64,000 nucleotides of DNA, from NCBI GenBank assembly GCA_013239625.1, contig MU053881.1, positions 4,609,957 to 4,673,956 on the forward strand, read 5' to 3'. The position numbers were made by a program, and so were the translations under genes. How positions within the stretch are numbered: position 1 is the stretch's first letter; every line of letters begins with the position of its first letter. The DNA comes from Lama guanicoe (lineage: Eukaryota). Of this stretch, positions 49,860-63,470 are shown piece after piece. The notes beneath the pieces were generated by a model that saw nothing but the letters and a program-made list of their open reading frames with translations, was not told the DNA's origin and searched no databases.

Positions 49860-51440
49860 CAGTACCTGGAAATTCCATCTCTAGGCATTTTTCAAAAAGA
49901 ACTGCAACCAGGGACCAAACAAATATTTGTACACCAATATTCACAGCAGCCCTATTCACAATGGTGAAAAGTAGAAACAATACAAGTGTCCAACTACAGA
50001 TGAACAGATGAGCAAAATGTGGCATATCCTCACGGTGGAATATTATTCAGCCAAGAAAAGGAAGGAAATTCTGACACAGGCCACAACATGGATGAACTTT
50101 GAAGACATTACACTCAGTAAAAACAAAACAAAAAGGGCGGGGGTGTGTGGTAGATACATACAGTGGAATATTATTCAGCCAAGAAAAGGAATGAAATTTG
50201 ATCTACGCTTCTTTTAGTTCTGAGACTCGATTTCCAACATGGTGGAGTGGGGAAAGCCCCACACCAACAAGCAATTCTTGAAACACCAGCTGGGTGTCCT
50301 GTAATTCAACTCAATTCTAACTCTGTCTACCTGGAGACAGCAACAGACCCCACAGGTTAAGGGCTCAGTCCCACAAGACCGTCCCCCAATCCCCAACTTC
50401 AGACGCCAGTCGCAAGTCCCATTACCTGGGCTTCTGACAGAATGGCTTATAAATGAGATATTCCCATGATCCCCTTCTTGGATTTGATTAATTTGTTAGA
50501 AGAGCTCAAAGAACTCAGAGAAACGTTTTACCTACCAGATCACCAAGCTGTTACAAAAGGATGTAAAGAAGAGCCAGATGGGAGAGATGCACAGCACGCA
50601 GTATAGGGACAGGGGCAGAGTGCCCATCCCCTCCAGGAGGGCACCACCCTCCCAGCACCTGCACATGGTCACCAACCTGGAAGCTCCCTGAACCCCGCCC
50701 TTTTGGATCTTTATGGAGGCTTCATTACATAGGCAGGATTGATTAGATCATTGGCCATTGGTGGCTGATTCAACCTCCAGCCCTTCACCCCTCCCTGGAG
50801 GTCAGAAGGTAGCACTGAAAGTTCCAACTCTCTAACCACAAGGTTAGCTCACAGACAATCAGCCCCCAGTTCTTCAGTACCTTCCAAAAGTCACTTCAAG
50901 AACATAACAAAGACACCGTGATCACTCTCAGTACTTCGGAAATTCCCAGGGGTTTGGGAGCTGTGAGCCAAGAACTATGGCTGAAGACCAAAGCTACACA
51001 AAAAAATACATACTTGGTCATTCAGATGACTAAATAAATACATATTTCTAATAAATCACAATATTGCAATGCCACAACATGGATTTCATTTCAAGGACGG
51101 ACCTTGAAAACATTATGTTAAATGAAATAAGCAAAACACAAAAAGACAAAAAACCGCATGATTCCACTTCCATGTAGCACCCAGAATAGGCAAGTTCACA
51201 GGGACAGAAAATAAAGCAGAGGTTACCAGGGGCTGGGCAAAAGAGGCGGGGGGAGGGGAGGGGGAACAGAGGAGGAAGGGGGCATTACTGTTCAGTGGGC
51301 AGAGTTTTGTCAGGGATGATGAGAGAGGCTTGGCAAGACAGTGGTGACGGCTATCCAACACTGTGGATGTACTGAACGCCACTGAGTCGCGTTCTCACAA
51401 ATGGTTAAATGAAAGATTCTGTTACTCTGCCTCACACACA
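49860..51440 (+). mobile_element. L1 (L1MB-like) 3' region split by a MER21-like LTR
   Basis: ttcacagcagccctattcacaat; gccacaacatggat; ggttaccaggggctgg; gccactgagt...aaatggttaa. Confidence 0.85.
50203..51068 (-). mobile_element. MER21-like solo LTR
   Basis: The reverse strand starts TGCAATATTGTGATTTAT...TTTGGTCTTC. Internal gggctcagtcccacaagac and gattaatttgttaga. Confidence 0.75.
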
Positions 51441-52289
51441 CGAAAAAGATGGTTACGCTTTGTTTATTTAATTAATAAATCTCATTAATTTCAGAAATGG
51501 AGGAAGATATTTAGCCCTTGACTGACACTAAGAGTTTAAATACCTTTTTCAGTTATCAGGTGCGTCCGCATCCAAGGGTGCATTGCTAGTCAGTGTGGCA
51601 GATCCTGGATTCAGTCTCAGGTCTGTGAATCCAGAGGCCAAGAATAAAAATCCCCACACCCAAAAAGCCACCCTTCTCTAATAAACTGGTAAATCCATTT
51701 CTGCTCAGGCTGAGGACGGCCTCCATCCTGCCGGGCAGGGCTGAGGCTGCTGACCTCTCTTCACTGGTGCAGGTCAACGAGTTGAATAACCCTCTGGGTA
51801 ACTTGGGGCCGGTGTCCTTCCTGAGCCTGTGCAGGGCCCCCGGGAGTCTGTGGAGTCGCTCTGCCTGCAGAAAACAGCCCCGGCTCCCTTGTCTATAAAA
51901 AGCGACTAGCTCAAAAGGTGTGGCTGAGAACAGCAAGGACAAAACCTCCCAAATCAAATGATGAATTTAATCCCACCTGGCACCGGAGAGCACGGACAGG
52001 AACCATCTCCTCCACCCTTCCTACTCCGAGGCAGAGTAAATACAGACGCCCATGACACCAACTTTCCACCTCCACACACGCTGCCCTGCCCTGCTCTGCC
52101 GGGTGGGTTAGAACAACCTGTTTGGAACAGAGATCCCGCCTTATGTTTGGTAACATCAACAACCTTTGGATGGCAGTGGGCGTGTTTCCACAGATGGTGG
52201 ATTTTAGAATTTAAAGCCTCCTTTGAGGTCATCTCACCAAATCTCTTCATTTTCCCAGAAGGAAAAACATAGGGAGGGAGTGGTGAGGA

Positions 52290-52500
52290 TCACTGATTTT
52301 TAGAGCTAAATTGCCTGAATTTGAACTTGACTTTGACACGTTGACTGTCTAAGGATGGTCTTCAACAAGTTGAGTTATTGTCTTTGGACCTTAGTTTGCT
52401 CATCTGTAAAATGGGGATAATGGTAGCAACTCTGTAGGGTTATTAATAACATATGTCGAGAGCCTGGCACACGCCTCTCTCAAGCCTCTCTCACCGTGGT
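52290..52500 (+). mobile_element. MIR SINE
   Basis: ctcatctgtaaaatggggataatggtag. Confidence 0.8.
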
Positions 52501-52999
52501 GAGTATTCGTCACCATCACCACCATCATCAATATCATCAGGAAACTAAGGCCCAGGGAGATAAAGGGTTTCTCCAAAATCCTACAGCTATGGCTTGTGGC
52601 AAAACAGTCTTCCACACCAGAGGGTTTTTCCATTTCATCACACTGAGGCAGCACAATCGCCTGGACCTAAAAATTTACAGCACTTCATGGAAGATATTTG
52701 AAATTATATGGCTTTTCCACATTTCCAAATTAGAAGTCCAGCTTGCTGTCCAAGAGCCTTCGGCACAGAGACAAACATTTCAGAATAAAGATATTGAAAC
52801 CAGGTAAAGGGAGCCTCCTTGCTCCCGGCCGACAAATGGGAACCTGGAATTCTCAACCAGGGTCCCGATGGGAGCTGGAGGTGGTCCAGAGAGCTCACCT
52901 AGAGGGTGGACACAGGACAGCTGCCCAGAAAGATGACTGGACTACCATTCGGAAAGCTAAAGGCTGAACAGAGAGTTCAGATGACTTGCAAAGGGAAGA

Positions 53000-53150
53000 G
53001 ATGATAATGATCACCTTGACAACACTGACTGAGCACTCAGCAGGTGCCGGATGCCATTTTAAGCACCTAAATCCATTACCTTTTTTAGTTCTCCAACCCT
53101 ATGAAATACACAACATTATTACCCCCATGAATGAGGAAGAGGAGGCCAAG
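53000..53150 (-). mobile_element. MIR SINE fragment
   Basis: caaccctatgaa...attattacccccat...gaggaagaggagg. Confidence 0.55.
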
Positions 53151-53209
53151 GGAGCTTTACACACTCCCTCCCCAAGGAAGGCTTTCCATGTCCCATTGCT
53201 AAGATCTAG

Positions 53210-53425
53210 CCACACCAGGACACCTGCTCGTCTCCCAAACCTCTGAACTGTCAGGCTGTCCCATACTGCCTTTCCATCTGAGATGCCTTTCCTCATCTCT
53301 GCTTGCTGTAATCCATTCATCCTTCGAGGTTTAGTGGTAATATTATCACCTCAGATTTTCCCACATGTAATTATCCATCTAGCCTTCTGACTCACTCACC
53401 TAGAAGTTACCATATTGTATCATTG

Positions 53426-53456
<31 letters not shown>

Positions 53457-53560
53457 ACAGGAGTCAAGATCAAGAAGGGCCAGAATCGTGTTTAATTTGC
53501 CTTATGTATTGCTTAATATATATAAAAGGTGGTCCATAAAGGTTTCTGGGAATTTTTTAA
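53210..53560 (+). mobile_element. L2 3' fragment containing (GT)n at 53425-53456
   Basis: tttccatctgagatgccttt...cattcatccttcgagg. The (GT)n run is seen directly. Confidence 0.5.
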
Positions 53561-53689
53561 TGTCCTTGGTCCCACAGCTTGTCCTTGGAGAAATTAGAAC
53601 ACCTCCAATATGGTCTTGTCCCTCAAATCCAAGAGCTCATGTGGACTTGAAGGACATTCTCCCCAAAGTCGCTGAGGATTAAAATGTGC

Positions 53690-54210
53690 ACAGGCACACA
53701 GTTTCAAACTAGTGATTTGCCCTTTTGGGTTCATTGAGCAAGTGGACAAAGATAAATGTACAAGAATGTTCATTACAACCTTGTTTAAAATGGAAAAAAA
53801 TGGAAGCAACTTCAATGGCCAACCAGGGAGAACTGGTTAAAGAAATCTCAATAAAGATATCTCAGTGTGGACCCAAAATGAAATGCTATGTTACTTTAAA
53901 AATGATTATGCACTGCTCAGTGAACAGATACGGAAAGCTATCTGTGATGTATTTCCAATTAAAATTAAAAGTAGGTTATGCAACCACATCATCCATATTA
54001 TCTCATTTAGGGTAAACTTATATAACTGTGAACATCTGCACATATGCATAGGGAGGTCGTGAAGTGAGTTCACCAAAATTAACAGTAATTATCTCTGTGC
54101 AAAGATATTTCAGGTAATTTTTACTTTCTTTTGATATATGTCTGTATTCATTAAGCTTTTTTCCTTTGAGAAAGTATTATTTATAGTACCAGAAAAAAAA
54201 CATAAATGCA
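53690..54210 (+). mobile_element. Ancient L1 (L1ME-like) 3' region
   Basis: tgtacaagaatgttcattacaaccttgtt; caccaaaattaacagtaattatctctg. Confidence 0.7.
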
Positions 54211-56119
54211 TTTTCATTGGAAAGGAAAGAAGGTGTATACTCTCAAAAGAGGCTTTATAAACTCATGAGTAACAAGGCTTCTTAAATACGGAGGTTAGTG
54301 TCTCTTGTCCAGAAAGCCTAGCTTCCCCATCTGGGAAATGGGTACAAGGTTATTGCTCTGCCTGTCCCACGGGGCTGCAGCAAAAAAAGCTCATGTGTTT
54401 GAAAGTCTTTTGAAAAATAAAGGTACCAAATAGATGCAAAACACAGATTATCCTAATAATTTAATCACCGCTTAGAAGACTTTGCAATAAACTAGGAAAG
54501 CATGTTCAAGAGTTACAATCTCAAACACCACCAGGGACCAGGCAGGACAGAGAGATGAGCAGGGCCTCTGGAGTCCAGGACCAGTGATCTTCAAGAGAAC
54601 CCTAAAATCTAGATTTTTATGTGAACTCTCTCAATTTACAAACACTGGCATCTCATTTTTAAAATGTCAAACATTGCGGTATCAGTAGAAAACAGCCCCA
54701 AAATCACACGCTTGCAATTTCTTGTACATATTCCCCTAACTTAACAGAAAGTCCAGAAGTAACTAGTTTCTGTCTCGTCCACTGACACAGCTACATTTAT
54801 CAGTCCAGCACCGAAGTACCTCTTGAATTAAAAAGATTTGATTATGCCCAGCCTAACTTTAGAGTAAGATGTTTTATTGCATTCATGTTTTAATTGATAG
54901 ATTTAGATGACATGAAAAAAAAATCTACTACTAACCAGAACATTCAACTAACCAAAACAGCCCACAAATCCAAATTATGCCAAATGATAGAATTCTCAAT
55001 GCCTATGTACATTATATTTACTTTTGTGTATATATATATATGAGTGTGTGTGTAAATATACTTGCAGACACATATAGTTAATGATATCTACACAAGAGTA
55101 TGTTTTAAAGCCAAAGAAAGCACATTCGTCCTTTGGGAAAAAAAAAACCTGCTTTCTATTTTTAATCTCAATTTGAAAGATAATACCTAAACATGTTTGG
55201 ATAGAATATTAATGAGGCTCAGCCTCTAATTAAGGTTAAAGCTTGATTACTTCCAACATTATATTGAGATAGGGGAAAATATTCTCAAATAATTTAGATA
55301 TGTGTGGGCGGATCAATGGACTGGGGAGTGGATTTGAAGAAAGCTTAAAAACCAGACTGAATGCAATGAAAAAGAGAGTGAAATCATAGACATGGAAAAG
55401 GCAGGCTGGGTGACGAGACGGTGTCAGGCAAAGCTCACGCCAGGGACCCAGGTGCCAGCCCTGCACGATCACTGCCTACAGGCTTCACGCTCAGCTCCCA
55501 GCCGTCAAAACAAAAGGGATGCCATGCCACTTACGCCCATGTATCACGATTACAATCCACTATCTTTGCTCTCCTGGCAACAACACTAAATGAAATAACG
55601 TCTCTCCGAGGACTCCAAGGTAAAGATGACAGAGAGACTGAAAATATCCTGAAGATATTACAGAATAAAAGGCTGAGAATTCTTGCTATGTTCCTTTACC
55701 CAACATCCTGAGATTGTCTGTACCCAGTCATGGAACAGTCTGCTGGCTTATTTTTGTACCCCAAGACAGGCTCCTGCACCCAGACACAAATCATCCACCT
55801 TCTTTCAAAACTACAATTAAAAAAAAAAAATAGGAAAGACTCCATTTTAAACTGGGCCAGCCTTTACTACGTGCGAAGGACAAACAGTCCCAAAATACTC
55901 CCGCCCGCACCTCTTCATCTCCACATTCACCGGCTTCTGGAGAGTTTCTTGTACTGTTCATGTTTCCCAGGGTCCTAGGACTCTGATGAAAGCCCCTTGG
56001 CCCCTCCGACCAAAACGCTGTGCCGTGTGGTGTCCGCCTGGGGTTCAGGAGCAGGGAAAGGGGGTGCCGAGCAAGAGAGAAATCTGGGAAGTCTGGGCCA
56101 GTGGTGAAAAGCCCCTTTC

Positions 56120-56498
56120 AGGGAGGGTTAGGAGGCCAAAATTCGTATATCGAAGTCCCAAACCCCAATAACTCAGAATATGACGTACTTAGAGATAAAA
56201 CCATTAAAGAGGTAATTAAGGTAAAATGCGGTCATTTGGGTGGGCCCTACTCCAGTATGATCGGTGTCCTTATGAGAAGAGGAAATAAGGACACAGACAC
56301 GCACAGAGGGCAGACCACCCGAACACACAGCGAGGTGGCCACCTACAAGCCAAAGAGGGGGGCCTCGGAAGGATCCAACACCGCCAGCACCTTGGCCTTG
56401 GACTTCTAGGCTCCAGAATTTGAGGAAATGAACTTCCGTTGTTTAAGTCATCCAAAGGCTGGGGCAGTTTGTTGTGGCAGCCCCAGCAGACCAGGACA
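56120..56498 (+). mobile_element. MaLR solo LTR (MLT1A/B-like)
   Basis: aaagaggtaattaaggtaaaatg; gtgtccttatgagaagagga; ttggacttctaggctccagaa. Confidence 0.85.
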
Positions 56499-56504
56499 GG
56501 GAGA

Positions 56505-56800
56505 CTAACAGACTCACAGACACAGAAAACAGACTTACGGTTACCAGGGAAAAAATGGGGGTGGAGGGATAGACTGGGAGTTCCGGATTTGCAGATACTA
56601 ACTACCATATATATAAAATAGATCAACAAGGTCCTACTGGGTAGCACAGGGAACTGTATTCAATATGTTGGAGTAGTCTATAATGAAAGAGAATATGAAA
56701 AGGAATATATATGTGTATAAATGAATCGCTGTGCTGTACACCAGAAATTTACACATTATAAATCAACTCTACTTCAACACACACACATACACACACAAAG
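56505..56800 (+). mobile_element. L1 3' UTR with (CA)n-converted tail
   Basis: agactcacagacacagaaaac...caacaaggtcctactg...gctgtacaccagaaa...tcaactctacttcaa. Confidence 0.88.
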
Positions 56801-58421
56801 AGAGAAAATGGCAGTTGTCACCCAAGGAGGAAAAAAACATACAAGATTTTAAAAAGACAAAAAAAAAAAAACCCTAAAAAAACCAAACTTGGTTTTCGGG
56901 AAATCATTTGATGAGAGACACTTTACTGACCCTAAAGAGAACTCCTGAAGGAGAAAGGTGGCCTCCTGTATATTGGGGCTGTTCATTCTCAATCCATCTC
57001 AAAGTTTTGCTCTATTTCAGTGCCTTCATTTGAAACTGGGTTTTGTTTGTTTGTTCTTCCCAGCCTTAGATGTCTGCCAATTGAAAAAAAATCTCACCAG
57101 TCATTTCCCGCCACCTTGATGCTCACTATTGCAATTCAGATGAGAGTTCAAAGCACCAGGCTGGCAAAAGGGAAGGGGGGACGGGGCAGGGTGAGGAGCC
57201 GGTGAGAGGCGATGGCATCTGTGAAATGCCAACAGGTGAGGAGGAACAACAGTACTTTTTCATGGTTTACCATGATCCAAGTACTGGGCTGCCCACTTGA
57301 CATACATCAACACATTCAATCATGTCATCCTTTCAAGTTCAAAAATGGACGTGGCAAGGTTTCGTGGTTTGCCCAAGACCACGTACTAAGTGGTGGTAGA
57401 GGCAGGCTGTGGATCCAGCCAGTCTCACCCCAGAGCCATGACCTTAACTCCCACCTCTCAGTGAGCTCCCCTCCTTCCCCAGGGGGCTTTGCTGAACTCA
57501 CTGTAAGTTAGGACTCTCCCGGCTATGACAGAAAAGAGGCTGTGGACCTCAAGGCAGGATTAAACCCAGGATTCTAATGAGTCACTGGAGAGCTTCATCC
57601 CTCTTCTCCGCTTCCCTCTGAATGTTGCCGCATCTGTCCGACTAGTGACAGGCTCCCTCCACGTGATGGCTAAGATGATCAGGAGATGACCAAGCTCACA
57701 CCACAGCCACATGGCAAGCCCATCAGCGCCTGGCGGAGAGTCCCAGCCAGCTGGAGTCACGCGGCCATCCCAGAACCAAGGACCGTCATATGACTGTCCA
57801 GGCCTGGGTCACATGTCCACATCTGTGGCCAGGGCTACGGTGGGAGGGTTTGTTACCAGGAAGAGGGAAAAGGGACAAGTGGTATTAGCTCCCATGAATT
57901 CAAAGACCCGAGTCACTGCGGAAGCTTGACCCAAGCCGGTGAAGGGTTTTGCCCAATGTGTCACAGCTCGGGAGGGGGAGACTGGGCGTCTGAGCCACAG
58001 GAAGTTATGAAAAAGTGCTGATGTGAGGAGTTCTCAGGACAGAACGCTGCAGGTCGCTAACACCTTCTGTGTAAGAAAGGAGACAGGTAAGAGTGTATAC
58101 TTGATTTGTATCTGAATAAGAAACTCTGGAAGCAGGGATGCATCAAAAAAACTAGTTCAAGTGACGTACTCGTAGGGGGTGGGGTGAACAGAAACAGGAA
58201 AGCTCGTGAGACTTCTCCCTGAGCACCTTTGGATTTTGTTTTAATTCTTTAACCATTTGAAAGTACTATGAGTTTTTATTATTTTCAGTACTTTTTATTA
58301 TTTTTTAATTTTATAATTATATATACATAATATTTTATAATTTTATTATTTGCAGTATTTTTATTATTATCAGTATTTACTGTTATCAGTAAATAAAAAT
58401 TCAATTTAAAATAAAACCTAA

Positions 58422-58590
58422 CAGGGAACCACATTCAATATCTTGTAATAACCTATGGTAAAAAGAATATGAAAACGAATATATGTATGTATGTTCATGT
58501 ATGACTGAAGCATTATGCTGTACACATTGACACAACATTGTAAACTAACTATATTTCAATAATATATATATGTATATACAAAAAATAATA
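58422..58590 (+). mobile_element. Short 5'-truncated L1 3' end
   Basis: cagggaaccacattcaatatcttgtaataacct...cacaacattgtaaact. Perfect 14 bp TSD aaaataaaacctaa at 58408-58421 and 58591-58604. Confidence 0.9.
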
Positions 58591-59292
58591 AAAATAAAAC
58601 CTAAAAATTATCCATGAAAAAAAAAGATTGCAGGAAATAGTCTGAAATGGTAACAGCAGCTGTCTTTGGCTGTTAAGCCTAAGTCTGATTTTTTTTTTCT
58701 CTGAACTGATTAACCAAATTTCCTGAAATGAACATGCACAAGTTTTCACAAAGAGAAGACACTTTAAAAAGACCTGAACTGAAATAAAATCACATGACAT
58801 ACAAAGCAGAAATCATAATTCTGACAATATCGTATCGATTTATTTTTCATTCCCTGGGAGTCAGGTTGCCCCATGCTCCCCCGTCCATCCCAAGGCAATG
58901 GCTGAGCTTTGAACTTCAAACAAGATTTGGAAATGGCAGCCGCAAGAAAGCAGTTTTGAAAGTCAGCCTTTGTTGAGAAAAAGCATTTCTAGATATCAAA
59001 CTGCTTCCCTTGCAGAGAACACCACGTGGTGGTCCAGACGTGTTAGCCACATTGAGAGAATAGACAGGATTTGACAGGAGGGGGAGTCCTCCTCACTTCC
59101 TGTTCACAGAGGGACGGAGCCCTTCTGGGATGAAGGGTAACACTGAGGATGCACAGGATGCAGACAAGGAGGGATGGAGACACCTTCGGTGTCACCTCGG
59201 ACCCAGCAACCCCACCCTTCCCTGGCTGTGAGCGCCAGGGAGGGCCCAGCAAGAAAAGAGAAAGCCGAGATATATCAAAGGGAAGGGAACTC

Positions 59293-59682
59293 TTATGAGC
59301 TGCACTGTGTCCCCACAAATTCATATGTTCAAGCCCCAACCCCCTGGTACCTCAAAAGATAACCATATTTGGAGATAAGATATTTAAAGAGGTGACTGAG
59401 TTAAAATGAGGCCATGAGGGTGAGGCCCTAATCCAATAGGGCTGGTGTCCTTATAAGAAGGGGAAGTCACCAGGGGCGCGAGTTAACAGAGGGCCAGCCA
59501 TGTGAAGACAGAGCAAGAAGGCCGCCACCGGCAACTCAACAAGATAGACCTCAGGAGAAGCCAACCCTGCCGACCAACACCTTGGTCTTGGACTTCCAGC
59601 CTCCAGAACGATGAGCAAATAAAGTTCTGTTGTTTAAGGTCTCCCGTCTGTTCTGTTACAGCAGCCTGAGCTCACTAATACA
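59293..59682 (+). mobile_element. MaLR solo LTR (MLT1A/B-like)
   Basis: tgtgtccccacaaattcatatgtt; ccctaatccaat; ttggacttccagcctccagaac; ctaataca end. Confidence 0.88.
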
Positions 59683-61382
59683 GAAACCATCTTAGAGAAG
59701 GTCCCCAGAGCAACAGCAAGCGGCCAAACACGTGGGAAATGCCACCTGATGTGGCCAGGTGCTCCTAGGAGGGCGAGGATCAGCGAGCCCACAGAGACCC
59801 GCGGGGTGGGCCGAGGCTGCCTCCGAACACAGGAACCCCACCACCAAAGGGAGTGGACGGGTCAGAGGCTTTGGTAGTGGGTGCAGGTGTGAGCCACACA
59901 CAGACAGCGAAGGGTGAGCAAACCCTTGCACTACGCATACACACACACACTGCAGGGGCCACACAGGGTGCCCGGGACCGGGCCAGACCAGCCAGCCCAC
60001 AGCAGGACCCATGGGTCAGCTGCAGCAAGAATTCCCCCACTTCCCGCAGTGCCACGAGGCCACCAGAGCAGCCCCTGGCACCCGGAGGCCCCGGGGAAAG
60101 GGAGGGAGCTCTGAAAGACTGAGTATTTCCCCCAAAGAGACTGCAGAAGCATTCAAGGTTTTAAGCCCCTCTGACTTCTTGTGAGGTTTCCCATCATTTT
60201 TTTTTTTACGTCTCTGAATTGTGGTGGATTCGTTTCCAACCGAACCCTGGTGTGACTGATACTAAGGAGTCATCTCTAAATGAGACAGCAAGAAAGATGA
60301 CCGACACGTGGTCAAAGCCCTGAAGACACTTAAGGCAACCCAGCCACTGCCTTGAAGTCCGATCCAGAGGGGAGCGTTCCAGGAGCCTTGATGGGGCTTG
60401 GGTGGCACCATCCCTCTCTTGAGATGTGGCCCGAACCCCAGGAGCCACATCATATGAGGTTCTGGTCTGTCTCACCGGAGGGTGAGTTCCAGTCTAACGG
60501 CTTGGAGGTCTTCCCGCTTTTTTCCATTTTTAAAAGAGCAGATGTTCTCCTGGGAAAGAGATATTTAGCTACCCAAACAAATCAGAGACGTGGAGGAATG
60601 GAAAGAAACCAGGCATCTGCCTGCCACGGTGGCAGTGCCCAAAGAAATCATATTAGCTGGCGGGGAACGTCCAGCCCCGGGGAGGGCTGCGTCGCTTGGC
60701 CCCATTCCTGTCCTGAGCGAGCGACAAATACGACTGTCTTTGTCCTGATTCTCAACGTGAGGGACGGTCTGGGGTTATTTGTCTAGTTTGTTGACTCTCA
60801 TAAAAGACATTCATAAATTTATTCTTAGTGCCAGGGGTGCTTACCGGTGTCAAAGTGGAGTCTTTCAGACAGTTGCTCCATGTTAAAACAAGCCACTCAG
60901 ATGCATCTATAAATAATTGTCTGGGCTTCGTTTAGCTAACAAACGGCTTTTTTTCTTCTCTCTCTCTCCCCTCTCTTTTTAAAATCAACTCTAAAATGAT
61001 TTCATAAACAACGGGAGGAATTTCCCATTAATATTAAAGGGTGTCTGGGTTGGTCATTTTAATAGAACTTTCCAGAGGGAACAAGCAGTCCTTCCATCTT
61101 GTCCATGTGAAACCTATTCCCTTTTCAGAATAAGACAGTTGGCAGCCCCGCCTCGCTAGGACCAGTCATAGCTTCCCCTCCCCACTGTCCTATGTCCATC
61201 TCTTTCACAGCTTTGGCCAAAAAAGGAGGAGAATGGGGAGGCTGTGGACCGCAGCAGCCTGAGCCAGTCAGGAGAACGTGTCACCACCCTGAGGCTTCCA
61301 TGTTCCTACCCTGACCTCAGATCTCCAGAACTTTACTCTTCAGACTACCACTCATCTAGGAGAGAAAGGTAGAGTTATGCTT

Positions 61383-61830
61383 GTATCAGTTTCATTGATA
61401 TAACAGAACTCCCCCTGCCAGCCCTCTGCAAACAACAGTGGCTTAAAAGAAGGCATTTGTTTCTCTTCTACATAAATGTAGTCTAGAGATAGACAGCTTA
61501 GGGCTTATGTGGTGACTCCACAGTGTCACATTCTGTCTTTGTACTTCACCATCCTCAGCATGCCACCTCATGGTCCAAGATGGTTGCTCAAGTCCAGGCA
61601 TCACACCTGCATTCCAAGCCACCAGAAGAAGAAAGAGGAGATGAAGGGTATTCCCTCCCATTTAAGGGCAGTCCCTGAATTACCGCACACTACTCCTTCT
61701 TCTACTTCATTGGACACAATTTAGTCAGATGACCTCACCTAGCTGCAAGGGAGGCTGGGACTAGAAAGGCAATGGTGCCACTTGAAAGGGAAGAAGGGAC
61801 ACTGGGAGGCCACTAGCCATCTCATCCACA
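61383..61830 (-). mobile_element. Old MaLR LTR (MLT1J-like)
   Basis: Starts tgtatcagtt; tggtccaagatggttgct; cctagctgcaagggaggctggga. Confidence 0.7.
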
Positions 61831-62814
61831 TGACACTACACTTGGTCACCTCCCATAGAGTCTCCCAGTGCCTACAACTCCAGACCCCCTCACAGTGCTG
61901 CCTCTATGTCTTTTCTAAAGGGTTTCAGTTTTCACATCCCTTCTCTGTAAAACTCACTTTCTATCCTTCACTCTTTCTTTCTCAGAGTTGAGATTCTGAG
62001 AAGTTGCACCGCCAGACTGAATTCAAGCTTACCAGGTCAGGACCACATGTTGTCTCAAACTGCTGTCCTGCGGGCCTTCTCCCATGCTCTGGAGGTCTTA
62101 AGAAGCCAGGCATGGAAATCACCCCAGGAGGATCTCTGCAAATTATAACTTGAAAGCAAAACTTGAGTCTTGCTTCATCCGTGCTTCACTCAGGGAACAC
62201 AAATCTTCCAGCCCTTATGGTCCACGCTGGGGAAGGTGCCAAAAGCCACGGAGAGGGCAGAGCTGCTCTGGCTGGGAGTAACAGTGAGCCCCATTGATGG
62301 ATGAAGCCACTGCCTGGACCAGACCTGCAGACATTGTGGACAGTCTCCTGCTCCTTGGATTCTAAAGACCAACCACAGCTCGGACCCCACACCTTGTCTG
62401 CGACCCAGACACTGCTCCTGCTTCGCCATGTGGGGTTTCAGCAGACCATACGTGGCGTGTATGAGCTGGCCTCCTGCTGCCCTCCTGCCCTTCTGAACCA
62501 AGCCACCAGCCCTGCCCAGCACCTGCTCTCCTCTGCACCAACTTCATCACTGCCGGCGACACATGCTGTTGAGCATCAAGTGTCAGACCGACATCCTCCA
62601 CATGAAATCCCCCCCACTCGCCCACACTGCATGGATCGCATGAGTAGAGTAAGTAGTAAAAGGATACCCAGCAGTTGTCATAGGAAGACAAGTTATGAAA
62701 AGTACAAGTAGGAATGGCAAGGAAGAAACAAGCCACAGCAGCCTGGCTTAAACTGCACTCGGTGACACACCAGGGCCATGCAATGCTGAAAGCTGTTTCT
62801 ACCCCAGAAAGCAC

Positions 62815-63010
62815 AGTCAGCTAGGTTTGGAAACTGCTGCTGCTAGCGACTCATACTTTAGCAAATTAAAGGCTCTGAGAAGGCCTGCAGGAAAGAAGGC
62901 TGCTTATTTCCCTATTTAGCCCAACCTTTCCTAAATCGTTTTAACTACCCCCACTTTCCTTCTAGAATGTTTATTAATGTCTCATGAAACCAATGTTCAT
63001 CAGAATACTG
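62815..63010. mobile_element. Possible hAT-Charlie (MER5-type) remnant
   Basis: ggtttggaaactgctg; ctgagaaggcctgcaggaaagaa. Confidence 0.4.
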
Positions 63011-63059
63011 GATGATGCAGTCATGCTCTGAGGGCCATGGCCTCTTCTCTGGCTCTCAC

Positions 63060-63245
63060 CAGCATTCAAATGCCTGCTCTAGCAGTTTTCAGCAGTGTGA
63101 CCTCGGTCACGTTACTAAGTCTCTGGGTTTTCATTTTCTCATCAGTAAAATGGGGGTAAGGGTAGCCCCTGCTTCCTAGAGTGGCTGTGAGGATTAAATA
63201 AGCTAATGCATGAGGAATGCTTATAACAGTTAGAATAAACATTGG
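63060..63245 (+). mobile_element. MIR SINE
   Basis: gtgtgacctcgg...ctcatcagtaaaatgggg...gtgaggattaaat. Confidence 0.8.
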
Positions 63246-63259
63246 CGGCAATGATCACA

Positions 63260-63330
63260 ATAATGATGATGATGATGAAGTAGGGGGAGGAGGAGGGGAA
63301 GGGGAGGGGGGAGGAGGAGGAAGATGAAGG
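63260..63330. repeat. (GAT)n plus G/A-rich simple repeat
   Basis: Seen directly. Confidence 0.85.
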
Positions 63331-63349
63331 CAACAGTCCTGTATTGGAA

Positions 63350-63470
63350 GACTCGCCACAGCTTACAAGTATGTTTCTCCCTGGAGTCAGGATTCTGATT
63401 AAAATCTTCTGTATGTCTCCAGCATCCAGCACAGGACCTGGATGATCCAAAATGTTTGTTGAATGACTAA
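63350..63470 (+). mobile_element. L2 3' tail
   Basis: ctgtatgtctccagcatccagcacagg...aaatgtttgttgaatga. Confidence 0.65.

Noticed and set aside
51605..51634. Hairpin ctggattca...tgaatccag as a pre-miRNA
   Set aside because: The stem is only 9 bp and lies in MIR-like sequence, too short for a pre-miRNA.
51893..51903. TATA box ctataaaaag
   Set aside because: It is an isolated motif with no supporting initiator, CpG island or recognisable exon.
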